A DNA stretch of 64,000 nt, from NCBI GenBank assembly GCA_028534125.1, contig CM052818.1:42100001-42164000 (forward strand). Reading direction: 5' to 3'. The notes below the pieces were generated by a model. The model did no database searches. It worked only from the letters and a program-made list of their open reading frames with translations, and was not told where the DNA came from. This stretch comes from Lama glama (lineage: Eukaryota). The translations under genes were made by a program, and so were the position numbers. Positions 40,201 to 55,200 of this stretch are shown piece by piece. Numbering within the stretch: the first letter of the stretch is position 1; every line of letters starts with the position of its first letter.

Positions 40201-43200
40201 GGTGAATTTATAGGAACTCTGAAATTAAACCAGGATTCAAATCCCAGCTGCAGTATTATCCACCTGTGTGACCTCAACTTAATAATCTCTTCGAGTTTCA
40301 ATTTTCTCATTTTTTAAGTGGGTAATGAAATGGGTAATACCTTCTGCTCTGCAAGATGGTTGTGATAATTACAAGATGAGACATGTAATGATTTGATGCC
40401 AAGTGTACCGGGGTGCTTGATAAGTTTGGTTATAATTAACAATGATGATGACCTGACTAATCCAGGAAAACAATAATTATTATTTGTCAAGTGCTGATAA
40501 TGAACGTGCATTGTGCTAACATTTTACACGCACTGTATCATCTCATGTAACCACTAAGGTTACTACTTTTATTAACTACTATTATTATTCCTATTTTTAA
40601 ATGAATAGACTGAAGTTTAAAATTCTAAATTCATAAGAACTTAGCAGATACAGCCAGGAAATATCCAAACTGGGATTCAAACTCAAAGTCCAAACATGAG
40701 AAAAGGTCTAATTCAATATGAACAAGTTTTATTTAACTTTTTATTATAAAAAGTCTCAGATATACACAAAGAGACTATAATAATGAGTCCCCATGCCAGT
40801 ATAAGTAATTAACAATATTTCCTGTTCTCAAATACACACACATCTTTTAATCAACCCCATGGTACAGTGATTAGGACAATGGGCTCTGAAGTAAGCTCTA
40901 CTTATGAGATGTAAGATCTGGGGCAAATTACTTAATATTTAGTATGAGCCCTCTTCCTAATCTGTAAAAATAGGAAGAGCACCATCACAAAGGGCTATTG
41001 TGAGAACTGAATAACAAAACGTATATAATGCATTTCCCAGGGCCTGGCCCCTTTCTAGAAAGTAGTCAATGAAGGTTAAGGATTTTTCAAGTGTGTATCT
41101 GGATGTATGCATGTGAGCACAGATAAGGTATTACATAAAACCATTCAATAAATTAGACAATTCAAAACTTCTACGCTTTATCAACAGGCAGAGATAATCC
41201 CTGCTCTTTTTCACTTGCTTTCTCCATTCCAGACTAAACACATACCTGTCCCCTAACAAATTCATCACTGTCATCTCATTACTTTAATATCTAAACTCTT
41301 GAAAATTAGAAAAGTACTGTGCTGAATGGAACTTTAATCCAATAGAAGGCATTTTATATTCCCATGAAAAATGAAAGATATTTGTGAAGCTATTATTTCA
41401 ACTGTATTGATAACTATAAGCAAGTCTCAATTCAATCTAGAAAATACTGTCTGAAAGTATGAAGATAAAACCTGTTCAATGCCTTAAGAATCTCCTATGT
41501 GCCAAACACTGTGACAGGTGCTGCACACAGCAATGAACAAAATGCCACTCTGGTTCTCTGTGTACTATCTCTTCACCACAGGATTCTAACCCACCATGTA
41601 AGTTTCCTCCCTCCTCTATTTCAGAAGGTGGAGTCAGCATAAAAACAGACATCAGGTCTCTCAGGTTAAAAACCAAAAACAAAAACAAGGTCAGCTACAC
41701 TGGAAAAGCCTGAGAGAAATATTTACATGACTTGGATAATAGCACCAACCACGTCTTCAGGCCTGACTGAACACGCTGCATAACTGCCCAACTTTAAAAG
41801 ATTACAAAATTTACATAGTTCTCTTCCCTGACTCCAAAGCCGACTTCTGCCCGCAGTGTAAGACATAACAGGGCTAAGGCTGAGCCAGAGGCTGGGGGCA
41901 GATAACAGAAGTAGAGAATGTAAGACACGAAGAAGAGCAGAGAGAACATATCGATCCCCCGAGTGGAATGGAACTGAGTCCTGCCAGGAAAGCTACGGAA
42001 TGACACTGCCTTGACTTTGCCTTTAGCGTCAGCCAGTACCAAATTTTAGATCTGACTGGCAAAAGCAGATCTAATCCCCTAAAAACTCTGTAGCTGGAAA
42101 ATGTAAGTTAAGAAACTTAGTAACTTATGGGGAAAATGAATTTGGGTCTGAGGAACGAAGATAGGGAACAGACATATTAAATCTCTTTTATAACCACTAA
42201 AATATAACACATCAAATAAGAACACAGCAAAGCAGTATTACCATCTTAGAACACTAGTAAGTAGAGTAATATGATTCCATGCCCTTAATATGCCACGCCA
42301 GGTCAAACATAAACCATTCAGCGTAAAATTTCACTTGGCAGAGGCACCAATGTAACTGGAAAGAGAACATACTTGCTCACCATGGCTCAGTATCAGGTGG
42401 TTTAGATTAAATGATAAAATATTCAGAGAAGGAAACGGAAGAGAAATTTGTAAGGAGAAAGTTACTTCATACATACGAAGTATTTTATGAAGTCCTACTC
42501 GTATCTGATTTGACGAGCAGTTAAGGGTTTCCCAAACTTCTTCCCCAGTAATGAAAATCACAGTTCTAGCTTTGTCCTTTGTAAGCGCACAGCCTTTAAG
42601 ACTTCCCCATACACAAACCTGAACTCATCCCCCTCCTGCTGGAACCACTCTCACCCCTCCTCAGCCTTCCCAAGGCTCCCTGCCACAATTTCCACATTCT
42701 CTGCAATTTGCTTCATCCCCATTTCTATTCTTAACTCCAGTTTCTTTCTCAAGTATCCGCAGAAGAAAGGACTTTTAATGCATAAAAATGGGAAAGAAAT
42801 TCTCAAGTGCTCAAATGACAAACCCAAAAAGAAAACAAAAAATTCATGTGTTGAATTTTGCATGGGGTGTTCAGAAGAGACTCCTGTGCTATGTATTTTT
42901 GGGAAAAGGAATACAGGTAAGACACTTTTGAAAAATATATACACTTTTGACCTTGTCTCATTTTAGCTTCATTTGATATTTCTTGAAATACAACAGAACT
43001 ATACAGCCAAAATGACGTATTTCTTTTTAAAAATTAGAAGTACAACTTACCCCATTATCCAAAACAGACAGCTGATCGCGTGCTGCAACACCTCCAATGA
43101 TCAGAAGCTCCCTGAAATAAATACCAGAAAAATAATGCAGAACAAGATTAAAGCTTGCTTTATTGTTTGTTTGTTTTTTTTGGAGGGTAGATATTAAAAT

Positions 43201-46200
43201 TGAGTAACTGAGAAAGAACCTACAACAAAAGTCTGGAGAAGGAAAGAAACAAGGCACCTTATTTCCAGTGACTATATAAAATGCTAACACGTGGTAAAGT
43301 AACCAAGAGAATGTGAAAGCCTGGAACCCAGAAAACATCAGTCTTCATCTATACATATATCCTTCTGTATTAGGGTAATTCCATGTGCCCCCAAATCTGG
43401 TTTCAATCTACCTTTTTAGACACATGTGGCTGTATGTGTATAAAATATATACTCTAAAAGAATATATAAATGTCAATTTTAAAAAGTTGCCTCCAGGTAG
43501 GATAATTAAAAACTGGGGGATGGGGGAGAAAGGAGACTTACTTTTCACAGAATAGTCTTTTGTGTTGTTTGAATTTTTTTCATTCCAAATACTTCTAAAA
43601 ATAGGCTTAGATTAAAAAAATACTGCCCTGTGCCAAGACAATGAGGGGAGAAGAATAGTCTTTTCTAAAAAAGGCACTAGAACAAATGGATATGCACGTG
43701 CAACATAATGACGCCAAACCTCTTCTTTATGCCGTGCACAAAAATTACTCAAAATGAACCTCAGACCTAAATGAGACCTACAACTGTAACACTTTAGAAC
43801 AAGACACAAGAGTAAATTTTCATGACCTCGGGTTAGGCAAAGTCCCTTACAAAACCAAAAAAAAAAAAGCAACAAATGAAAAAAATAGATAAACTAGACT
43901 TCATCAAAATTAAAACCTTTTGTACTTCAAAGGATACTACCAAGAGAATGAAAACGCCCACAGAATGAGAGAAAACATTTGCTAATCATGTATCTAATCA
44001 TAATATTATATATCTGATATGTATCAGAATAAAGAACTCTTACAACCCAACTGAAAAATGGGGAAAGAATCTGGACGTTACAAACGGCCAATAAGCACAC
44101 AAAAAGATGTTCAGCGTGATTGGCCATAAAGGACATGCAAACCAAAACCAGTCAGACACCACTTCACGCCCGTTAGGATGGCCATGACCCTGAAGACAGA
44201 AAATAAGCTGAGGATGTGGAGAAACTGAACCCTCACACGTTACTGGCAGGAACATGAAATAGTGCTGTCACTCTGGAAAACAGCTGGGTGGTTCCCGAAG
44301 ATGTTACACATGCAGGTACTATCTGATCCAGCAATTCCACTCCCGGGTATGTAACCAGGAGAAATGAAAATGCTGTGTCCACAGAAAACCTTGTACACTA
44401 ATGTTCATAGCATGGTACCCCAAGATTAGAAACAACACAAATGTCCATCAACTAATGAACAGATTAACAAAAATGTGGTATATGCAGATAATGGGATACT
44501 TCTGGGCAATAAGAAGGAATTAAGTACTGGTATATGATATAATGCTGATGAAACATTAAACACATTAAAACATTATGCTACATGAGAGAAGTCAGTCACA
44601 AAAGGGCACATACTGTCTAATTCCATTTACATAAAATGTCCAAAATAGGCAATCCTATGGACGGAAAATCAGTCAGTGGCTCCTAGGGACAGGAAGGTTA
44701 GAGGGAAACAGGAGAGACTGCTCAGAGGTATGGTGTTTCTTTTGAAAATGTTCTAAAATTGGTTTTGGTGGTTGCATAATTCTGTGAATATAATAAAAAC
44801 TAAAACAACTTGTACACGTTAAAGAGTGAATTGTATGATATGTGAATTATGTCTCATGACAGCTAGTTACAAAAAGACTGTCTCCTTTTAATAAATAGCA
44901 AATAAAATTACTTTCAGGGGCAGCCAGACAACTTTTAATCAGAACTACCAAGGTGGGAGGGTATAGCACAGTGGCTGAGCACGTGCTTAGCATGCACGAG
45001 GTTCTGGGTTCAACACCCAGTATCTCCACTAAAAATAAATAAATAAACCCAATTACCTCTCCCCCAAAAATAAGCAAAAAAAAGTAAGAACTACCAACTA
45101 CCTTCATTTATTAATTTTACTCTTATTTGACCATTCATTTAAAAAAAACACCAGAAAACACCAGGAAATGATGTTAGCAGTGAATCTTACAACTCTACAA
45201 CTGATTAAAAAATGGCTTCATGATTGCCTACCATTACCTTAAGCGATCTAGATAATAAAAATGACCAAACCAAACAAAAAGCCTTCTAGTCTGTGAACAT
45301 CCATTACCTTGGCATAGACCCTAAGCACTCTAAATAGTCATTACGTTTCCTAAATCAGGTAACACGAGATGCCAGACTGGCTACTTAGAATCACCTGGAA
45401 GAGCTGCCATTCTTCCCTGAAAAAGAAACAAAAGAGTTCCAATTCCTATCTCCTGGAAAATCTGATTCAGTATATCCAGCGGAGGAACCAAAACATCCGT
45501 ATTTTTAAATAAGGCCCCCGAGTTCCCAGGTTTGCTAACTATGCTCCTAAATCTATCATTTCTTCTACAAAACTTTACTCTTATCCACCTTCCTAATCAG
45601 ATATATTTTTATCCCTATGAATTTAGCAGAAGAAAAACGTACATGCACATAACAATCTGTGCTTGTGCGCAAAGTGTAGGGCTGAGATGTAACAGACCAG
45701 CCCGTGCCCTAAGGAGGGTAAGGCTGAGATGGGACGAGAAGAGCCCCTATTTCGGACAAGGAGCACCAGACCAGCAAGTGGCCGAGTGGAGGGACTGAGG
45801 GGAGGCGTACACAGTGGTACCCGAGGGGAGAGAAAGGACTGAGCCGGTGCAGACACGTCAGCTTCGCAGAAAGACCAGGACTTGAGCTGGGTCTTCAAAA
45901 AAGGAAAAGGCTCATTTGTACTAAATACCAAAATGCGTAACACAGTTTTACCATCTTAACAAATAAATTGACTTTATTATCCATCTTCTTTTCCAGCCTT
46001 TGTTCAGATGCATATTAACCTTTACACACAATTACAGCGTGAAAATCAATTCATATTAGCATTTTACATTCTTCTAAAAACACTTTTAGGAGAGTACTGA
46101 GTCTCACACGGGGCAGACGCTCTGGTTATTCCTCTCGCGGTGGCTCCCTGTCGTGCCCTCAGGACACTTTGTCCCACTACTTTCGATGTTTCCGTCCCCT

Positions 46201-49200
46201 CCACCCCCCACTCCCACATGCAGTTCTGTGAAGCAGAGACTGATTCTCACTGTCGTTCCCTGATCCTTAGCCTAAGTCTCCTCACATGGCAGGAGCTCAA
46301 ATAGTTACTGAAAGAGTGAAATGCACCAACCCTCAAAACAAAATTAGGAATTACTTCACCCGGAAAGCTTTACTAAGTATAAGCTTATCCCTGAATGAGT
46401 TGAATTTATAGGACGGATGTATATGAAAAAGATGGGCCGTGTGACATCAATAATTCAAAGTTTCTGAAGTTAGATCGTGGTTATGGTTGCACAACCTTGT
46501 GACCATACTAAAAACCACTGTATTGTACATTTTAAACAGTGAATTTTATGGTGTGTGATATTTTATTAAGAACCAAGCAAAATTAATAAAAATCAACTGG
46601 CCAATCAGCTGAGAGTAGTTTACTTATATGGCATGGCCCTCCTCAAGTTACAAGGGATTCCTACCAAGCAAGCAGTTCCACAAGATGACGAGACTTAAGG
46701 TCTCCCCCCAGGGACAGAAAGAGCCCTCGAACCACGGTGACCAGTCTGAATGCCCAAAGGGGAGAAGGTCACCACTGCGAGGCGGCCAGGATTCATCTCG
46801 CCAAGTCAATTTACCAACATGCTAGAAACAGAGCAATGTGCTTTCTATGCAAATCAAGTGATGAAAGAAATGGCCCCTTTAAAGAATTAATTTTCACTCT
46901 GATATTGTTTCGCAAACCAGGACTCTTCAAGTAAGAGGCACAGGAAAAATCTCAACTTACTTTTTTAAAATCAAACTTACCTCTCTTAAACAGGAGTTTT
47001 ATACAGAAACTACTTGTTACTATAAATCAATGTTCAATATATTTACACACTCATGCACGTGCACATGGGCACACACTGAATCTCTTCCTCAGTTTTTCTA
47101 CTTTATTCTTCTTCCAAAAGTCCTCAGAACTTAAGACATTAGGCGTTTAAGCACGAAAGGAAGCTTTACCTTAATTTAGGGTTATCGATATATTTCTTAA
47201 ACTGCTTGACGTTATTCAAAGTTTGTTCAGCTAACTCTCGGGAAGGTTCGACAATGAGAGCTTTCGGAGCATTGGGGAGAAACTTGGTTTGTGCCACCTG
47301 CGCATTACCTTAAGAGAATAATAAAGATTAGAAGACACTCAGATTACAGCTCAGAATACCTTTATTTGTAAAACATGAGCACAAATATTCCAACATCAAA
47401 ATTTTAAATAACAATTACCAAAGGGTATCGGAGATAGTCAAACAAAATTAAGACTCCTAAAATGAACTAAGACTTCTTTAAACCTACTGGCAGTAACTGA
47501 AATTGATTATATGCTTTGTGACAAATTAAATGAGCTATGAAATGAACTTATTTTTAAACAACTGAAACAGATTAGGCAGTACTACAGGTGAGAGTATGTA
47601 CGCACTCTAGAGTCAGGCTGTTTGCGTTTGAATTCAGTTCTACCACTTACTTGTCTGTGACCTTGAGCTAGTTACTTCACGTCCCTATTCCTCAAGTTCT
47701 CCGTCTGCAAAACTACCTTACAGGACTGCTGTGAAGATTAAATAATGCAGGTGACACAGTATCACCACACTTACTGAGCACACAATTTATAAATACTGAG
47801 GCACCATCATCATCATGACTGGGTTCCCCAAAATGCCTAAACTGAAACTAAATACTTGGAGTCTATGAATTAGGCTTGGAAACTGACTTTTACCGACGTG
47901 TTCAATAAAGATGTTGACTAAGCCAGCAAAGGGAGTATATGTAACCCACTACAAGAAGCCCTGTCACTGGAGTTTGAGCCAATATCCCATTCGTGAACTC
48001 CGTACCCCCTCAGGTGCAATACCTGTGTGCTGTGATTTGACCACGTAACTATCCAGTGCCTTGGCAAGAGCAACGAAACCATCTTTGGGTGGAAACTTAA
48101 ATTCTTCTTCCCCGAAGTTAAATTTTAGTTCAGCATTCTAGCATTGAATAAAGGAGAAAATGGAAATTCTTAACCTAATAGCAAACTAACCAATACGAAT
48201 TAATGCAGATCAAAGTAGCTTATGAGTACAGCAAATTTTTCTAACTACCTTCAAAACACAGGCAGGAAACAGGGCTTGGTTCTTCAAATGTGGTGGTATT
48301 TCAAATGCTAGACCGAGGTCTTTTCCTTAAAAAAAAAAAAAAAAGAGAGAGAGAGATTGAAACTATCAGAAAAGAACTTTCACACACTCGAACCACCAGA
48401 TCTACCAACCCACCCTCCTATAAGGCCCTACGTGGCCCGGCCTCACCACCTCACTGACCTAAGATTCCACCACCTCCCCCCATGCTCAGTGTACTCCAGG
48501 CCCTCTGGCCGCCTCACTGTTCAAATACCCTAAGCACACGCTTTCACCTCAGGACCTTTACAATTACTGGCCCCTCAGCCTGAAAGGCTCTTCCAAGATA
48601 TCCACATGGTTCACCACCCAACTCATTCATATTTCTACTCACATGTCACCGTATCAAAAAAGCCTTCTCTGACCACCACAGATGGCCATCACTCTCCACT
48701 TCCTGACCCCGATTTAGACACTCCCTCAGCACACCTGTTCCCACCTAACGGATCATGTATTTGTCTCTCCCTACCAGTAGGTAAGCCCACAGAAGTGCAC
48801 GTATTTGTCTACTTCACTTTCTGCTCTATCTCCAGCACCTACCAGCATACCTGACGCGCAGCAAATGCTCAAGAAGTATTTGTTCAAAAGAAAGGCAGGG
48901 AGGGGAAAAAAATTAAAGAGGGTGAGGGAATTTAAAAAATCACAAATACTGGATATGTAACAAGATGATCCATAGAAAGCTTACCATTTTTGGAGAATTT
49001 GATATGCCCTTTATCAACATCTAGGTAACATCCAATGGTATCATGCATAGTGAATTCCTAGAAAACCAGAAAGTCAAGTGCTGTTAATAAAAAGCAAAAT
49101 TGCAAATAAGGTTAAACGTTCAAATACAGCTGCATCCAAAGTATGTGTCGTGTTAATGTCTCAAAACAACTCCTTAAAATTCTAACGTAGACGTTAAAAT

Positions 49201-52200
49201 GCCTGTTACAGCACATCACATGTAACAGCAGGAGCACCGAACAGACTTTTCAGAATCAGCATGCTATCCAGGCCCTCCCACACTGCTGCAGATTCAGGTT
49301 ACCAGAACAAGTGTATTTAGATTCACCACAATTCAAAGTAAGAAATGAGAACAGCCTGAGTATTAAAGTCAAAATCGTAATGGGGTGAAAACTGAAGACA
49401 ACGTAATATACTCTGCAGAGGCTCATAAATGGGGTAAAAGAAAAATACTTATCTCATTTGATAACATTTCTTCACTTTAGTCCAAATCTGAACTTCCTGT
49501 GGAAAATTCACTTGAATTGAAGAATCATTTCTACACCCTCAGTCATGTCATGATTGGTAAGTGAACATGTGCAAAAACTTACTAGGGCTACAAGTAAGTC
49601 ATTAACACAACTCACCTCTCCGTAATTATCAAATTGTTTATTGTGAGATTTCTTTCCTGTTCCGCCAAAGCCAAATCCAAACTTGTCAGTACCTAAATTG
49701 TAAAAGTATTTTACATGTGTGGCAAGAATAAATATAAAGTTTTTTAAAAGCACGATAAAAGAAGTTTACAAACTGAAGATAACCTGAAGCATCTATGCAG
49801 CATCGTGCAATATTTATGAACACTAACTCTACTGACCTCACTCGTATTCTTAACCTCATTCCTCCTGATTTTATAATGTTGTAGTAACTACTTTTTGGTA
49901 GTTCAAATATTCTTTGGAACAGGGAGAATTATAAGCAAATTATTTCCACAGCTCTAAAATATAAACTTCAGTAAAGTTTATTATTTTGCTCCTCACTAAA
50001 GTAAAATGTTGAAAATCCGCAAACATAAATTGGTAAATTCAGTTTAGAAACACTTACCTAGGTCTAAGGAAGCCTGCATAGAAGACCACCCCACTCTGCA
50101 TAATCCCTGGTCATGACAGGACACTTCATAGTAGTGTTTCCCTACGAGGGCAAAATATTTTTCTATATTATACACGTATGATTCATTTACTACAGAGCCA
50201 GTTTTCCACTGTTTCTGAATTACAATTTGTATGCTTCAAATGAAGAACTGTAGATCTTTTTGTAACATTAAAAATCTTATCAGCTCCTTGATTTAAAGCT
50301 ATTTACAGCTCCTGTATTAACAGACAACCTTGGAAATGTACACAAGTATCAATGCTGTTTAAATACCTTTCGTTAATCCTTTAGTAGCTCTACATCCGTG
50401 CCATTCCTTTACTTCTCTGCTTTGACAACAAAGACCATCCGACCCAATTGCTGGATTTGAGGAAAAACACAGAAAACCGTATGAGTACAGATTATGTAAA
50501 TCGCGCATTCTGAAAGAAGTATCGTTCAGCCTCACTAATGAGATCATTCCTTCACCTGCTGCAGTGTTCCAGCGACCGAGACGTGCTGATTCCCAAAGGC
50601 CAGCCGTCCCGTCCCCGTGAGTACCTGCTCCTGCTCAGCCCCTGCAGGGCCGTGGCTTATGTCGGGGACTAGTTTCTATACTGTTATCTGTTAACGAGGA
50701 CAGGATTTCATCACGACGAGTCAAAAAAGGAATCCGCACGGCACCTTATCTGATCTGCACTAACATTAGCTGTATCAGCAACACAGGTTGAGACCACCAT
50801 TCTCTAGAGTCCTTTTATAAAGAAATGGGTACAAAGAAAACGGGTACAAGAAAGAAAGAAAGATGCAGCCCCCACTCATCTATACTTGCTGCTCTGATTT
50901 TACGCTTAAATTAGAGCTTGAGTGAATCCTAAACTAACAGGAAAACAGAAACCGCCTCTGGCTTGTTCTCCAACCCGTGGATCCAAAAACCACAAAGAGA
51001 AAGCAGGGAAAGTCTGAATAAACTTGCAGCTGTTATCTGCTAACATTAGGACTTTAAAAGATGACATTCTATATTATACATCGGTCAGTCACAGAGCTTC
51101 TTGGTTCTTTTTGGCTTTAAGTAAAGCATTTGGCTTTTGTCTACACTGGAAACTGTAACTTCCTTCCTGGTTGGGGCTTCCAATCATTTTCAGCACCTGA
51201 ACGCAGAAGAAACTTTTTTAAAAAAGCACCTCATCACACATTTTCCTTCACTTACCAGAAATTATTCAAAGTATAAATCCTTACTCATATGGGTACATTA
51301 TATGAAACTGAATTTTTTAAAAAGTTCTGACAATGGCAAATCCTTAACACTCTTGTATTTAAAATTCTTTATGTATATATGCATACGTAAACCTTTATAT
51401 AAATTAGGTGCCACATGGTGGAGAGCAGTATGGGGTGGGCGGGTGGGTTGTTTTGTGCTTGATTCGTCACGCGTACTCTTACCTTTCTCTGCATCCTGCT
51501 TTTCCTCTCATTGACACCTGGTGTCAATTCCTCCAAGTCAACACTATAGCTCTGACTTATTCTTCACAATGGTTATACAATAGTCCTTGGATGCACTCTA
51601 ATCTTTGTTTACCTTCTAGCAGTAGCCTTTACTTGTTGGCAATTTTTAATATTACAAATCATGCTGCATCGAATAGCTTTGTATATATATCTTTGCACAG
51701 TGGCACTTCCATTCCAATGAGCTTGACCTTCCAGGAATACACGTATTTTAAATTTTAATAGGTAACGCCAAACTGCTTTCCGGAGAAGCATTAATTCGTA
51801 AGTCGGTTATCACTCTTTTGGATTCTTGCCAATCAGATGACTATAAACAACGTTCCATTTCCTGACTACCTGTAAACTTGACCTTTGCATGTTCACTGCC
51901 ACTTGGGTTTGCTCTTCTGTGAATTGCCTGTTTGTATCCTTTGCCCATTTTCCTTATTGGTGGTTTAGCCCTTACTTACTAAAACAGGTAACACTTTACC
52001 TGCTATCAACACAAGAGCCCCTTTCCAGTTTACAAGGATTCTTTATTTTTCATCAACATTGCAAATACTCTTCCTATTTTTTTTGTCTACTGACTTTCTT
52101 CTGTGATATCTTTTCCATACATATATTTTTAAATTTTATACAAATTTACCTATTCTTCTACACTTCCTGAATTTTCTATTTGGTTTAGGAAAATTCCCCC

Positions 52201-55200
52201 AAAGTGGACATGTAGTTTTGTGTATTTAAAGTTCATATATACATATATATATACACACACACACACATATACATATGTACACAGATAAGTCTTCAATACA
52301 TACAGAATTTGTTTCTAATTATAAGTCAATTTTACATTGCTCCAGATGGATCAACTGTGCCAATACCCTTACTGAATAAATCACCCTTTTCCCACTGAAA
52401 TAAAGTACTTTTATCTACATATTAGTTTCTCATATACCCTGGGATTTATTTCCATTCCATTCCACTGACTTATTTGTCTGTTCTACGTCAATACTAAACT
52501 ATTTAACTGTAGAAACCATATTCTAATCTATGGTAAGTTAAATCTTCATTTATTATTCTTTTTCATAATTTTCTTGATATTTTCGGGTATTACTAAAAAC
52601 AAGCTTTTGGATTACAGATGAGCTGCTAAAATCTATCCACTTACCGAAAGCAGATCCTCTATCATATGGGTTCATTTGCCATTTGTTGAGCACTAAGCAA
52701 ATTAAAATAAGAAAAGTTACCCACAAATGTAATTTAAAGAACACTCCATAAAAATTAAAACAAATACTTTATATAATATCTTAATTCCTCTTGATTCAAT
52801 GTTTTTACACATCATTTAACATTGCAGCTGTTTTTATGAAAGGCAAAACTGAAATTGAAAACTGAAAGATGTCAAAAATAATAATCACTGGCCCATCTAG
52901 GGTTAAAACCTCTTCTCCTCACTTGTTTCACTGACTTTATTAGATGGCGCTGATCTCTGTCGTAACTCTGAGGCCACTGATAAAATGAAGTTTTGGTAAC
53001 TAAACAAGCTGACTTCAATCATAATGGAAATAACCAACCAATGTTTCAGGATCTAATTATCATTTTATCATTATTAAAAGTCCTTTATCTTAAATAATTC
53101 AACATTACACTAAAAAATTACAACGTTTTTCCCTTCTTTTATGGAATCAGTGTTTTCCTTTTCTAAATCATTTCAGTAGTCTGGGTAATCAAAGAATCAC
53201 GACTGCTAAAGTGAACTCTGCATGTTTTCAAGCCCAAGTTTCACCCAAGCTAGAAATCTTTTCTAGACTTTTTCTGGTCAAACGGCACCTAGCATCTGCT
53301 TGAACACTTTGAATGACGGAGAAGCAACTTTCTCTTGAGGTTCTCTCTTCCGTTGTGGGCTCCATCTAGCTACTAGGAATTAAGTTCAACAGAAATCTTC
53401 AACTAGACTATTTTTAATTAGTCCTGGTCTACTTCCTAGAACAATGATTCTCTCTCCAGATCCCTTCAATGATTTAACAATTATGCCATCTCCTTTTATA
53501 CTTGTTTCTGCATGTTTAAAGACCTAGCTTCTTTACTCCTCACAGGACATGACGTTTGGAACCACAACCATTCTGGTTATCCTTCTGTGGAAGCATCCTC
53601 TTCCATCACCATCTCTCATAAATGATGGCTTATAGTTGTTACAAGTTCTGAAACTATTTCAAAATAGGCTAACAGTCTAGTTTATATCCACTATCTCACA
53701 ATCCATTACAAATGAGTTCATTCTATAAACTGTGTAATATTGTTACTTTCATACTACTGAGAAGAATGCCAAGTTCACTCCACTTAAGCTTGTAATTTTG
53801 TCACAATCCTGTTTAGTGACTTAAAATATGGAATAAATTTTGTTAAAAATAACAAAACCATAGATTACTCAAGATAGAATGGAATTCAGAAACCATTTTT
53901 AAAAAGCAACATAATTTAAAGATGAGAAAATTGATGTAAGATTGTTCATGTCACAGACAGGACCTCAAACTCCATATAGACAGGACTAAAATAAGAAACT
54001 GACTTTAAAATATACACTTTAACTTCCTGGTTTCTTCTTTCTTATCTTAAAGGAAAAAGCATGCCTCTTTTCCCTGTGGAAGGTAGTATTTTTCACCATC
54101 ATGAGTTTTTATTCCATCAATTATTTGTAAAATCCTTCCTTAATACCTTGTAAAACAATGTATGAATCTACCTTTAATATTCTGCATAAAAAGTTATCAG
54201 CTTAAGAAAAATATTAAAATAACTAAATACAATTTCCAGAGTGCCAGTGTCTCCCCAAAGATGGCACCATCAGTATTTTAGGAGGAACAATCTCTCGGTG
54301 TTTATGCTCTAAATGACGTTTAGCATCCCTGGTTTCCAGGGCACCAAATGCCAATACCACCCTCCAGATACTGACAATAAAAACACGCACTCAAATCTCA
54401 CAACTGGAAATGCCAAGAATGAGAGTTACTAATTTATACAAAAGGAAATTATTAATATGCAAAAATTACCCGAAGCACCAGTTTTAATTGTTGTTTTTCC
54501 TTTTTTGCCTTCCTGCTGGTCCTTCAGAGTTTCGTAAACTATCTGGATAACTGGAATACTGAAAGCCTAGCAAAGAATCAATAGGTCTCCACGTTAGTAT
54601 TCAGATATTAACGACAGCTTAATAATCAATATAAATTACAGAAATTATGCATGCACCATAATCATACATATTCCTGACTGCTGCTCCAACTTGCCCAAAC
54701 CCAAAATACCAGTAAGATAACACGAGTTGACTGAATAAGGGAGTAAGAGCCAGCTGACAGCGCAAAACAGTAACAATAGGGACCGACAGAATGAACCCAA
54801 GCTGAAAGGGATAAACATTCAGTCTGACAAACTGTTTCTCTACGTCAGGAGATTGGGCGATCAACCTCTGTTGGCAACTGCTTTATTACTCGAGCCACCA
54901 CGTCAAAATTCAGAAGTGAGTATAAATACTAAAAGACCCTTCCTCCAAGAGTAACCTTCTCTAAGACCAATTTAAAACCATATTTTTAAAGCCATCCCCT
55001 GGTAGATCTCATTTCAGAATTAGCTGGCAAAAAAAATCACTCACCGTGGCAAGCAATCAATTTCTTACATTTTGGAAGGAAGTTATTTTATTAACTATTT
55101 TGAAGTATCACTGTTCAAACAAGTAAACATCAACTCTTGCAAAGTAAGTCAATTTAAGTTTATTACTTACACCAGTTTTTCCGCTTCCTGTTTCTGCAGC

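Noticed and set aside
44952..45030. Possible tRNA gene
   Set aside because: Degenerate cloverleaf followed by a SINE tail and flanked by TSDs, so it is a retroposon
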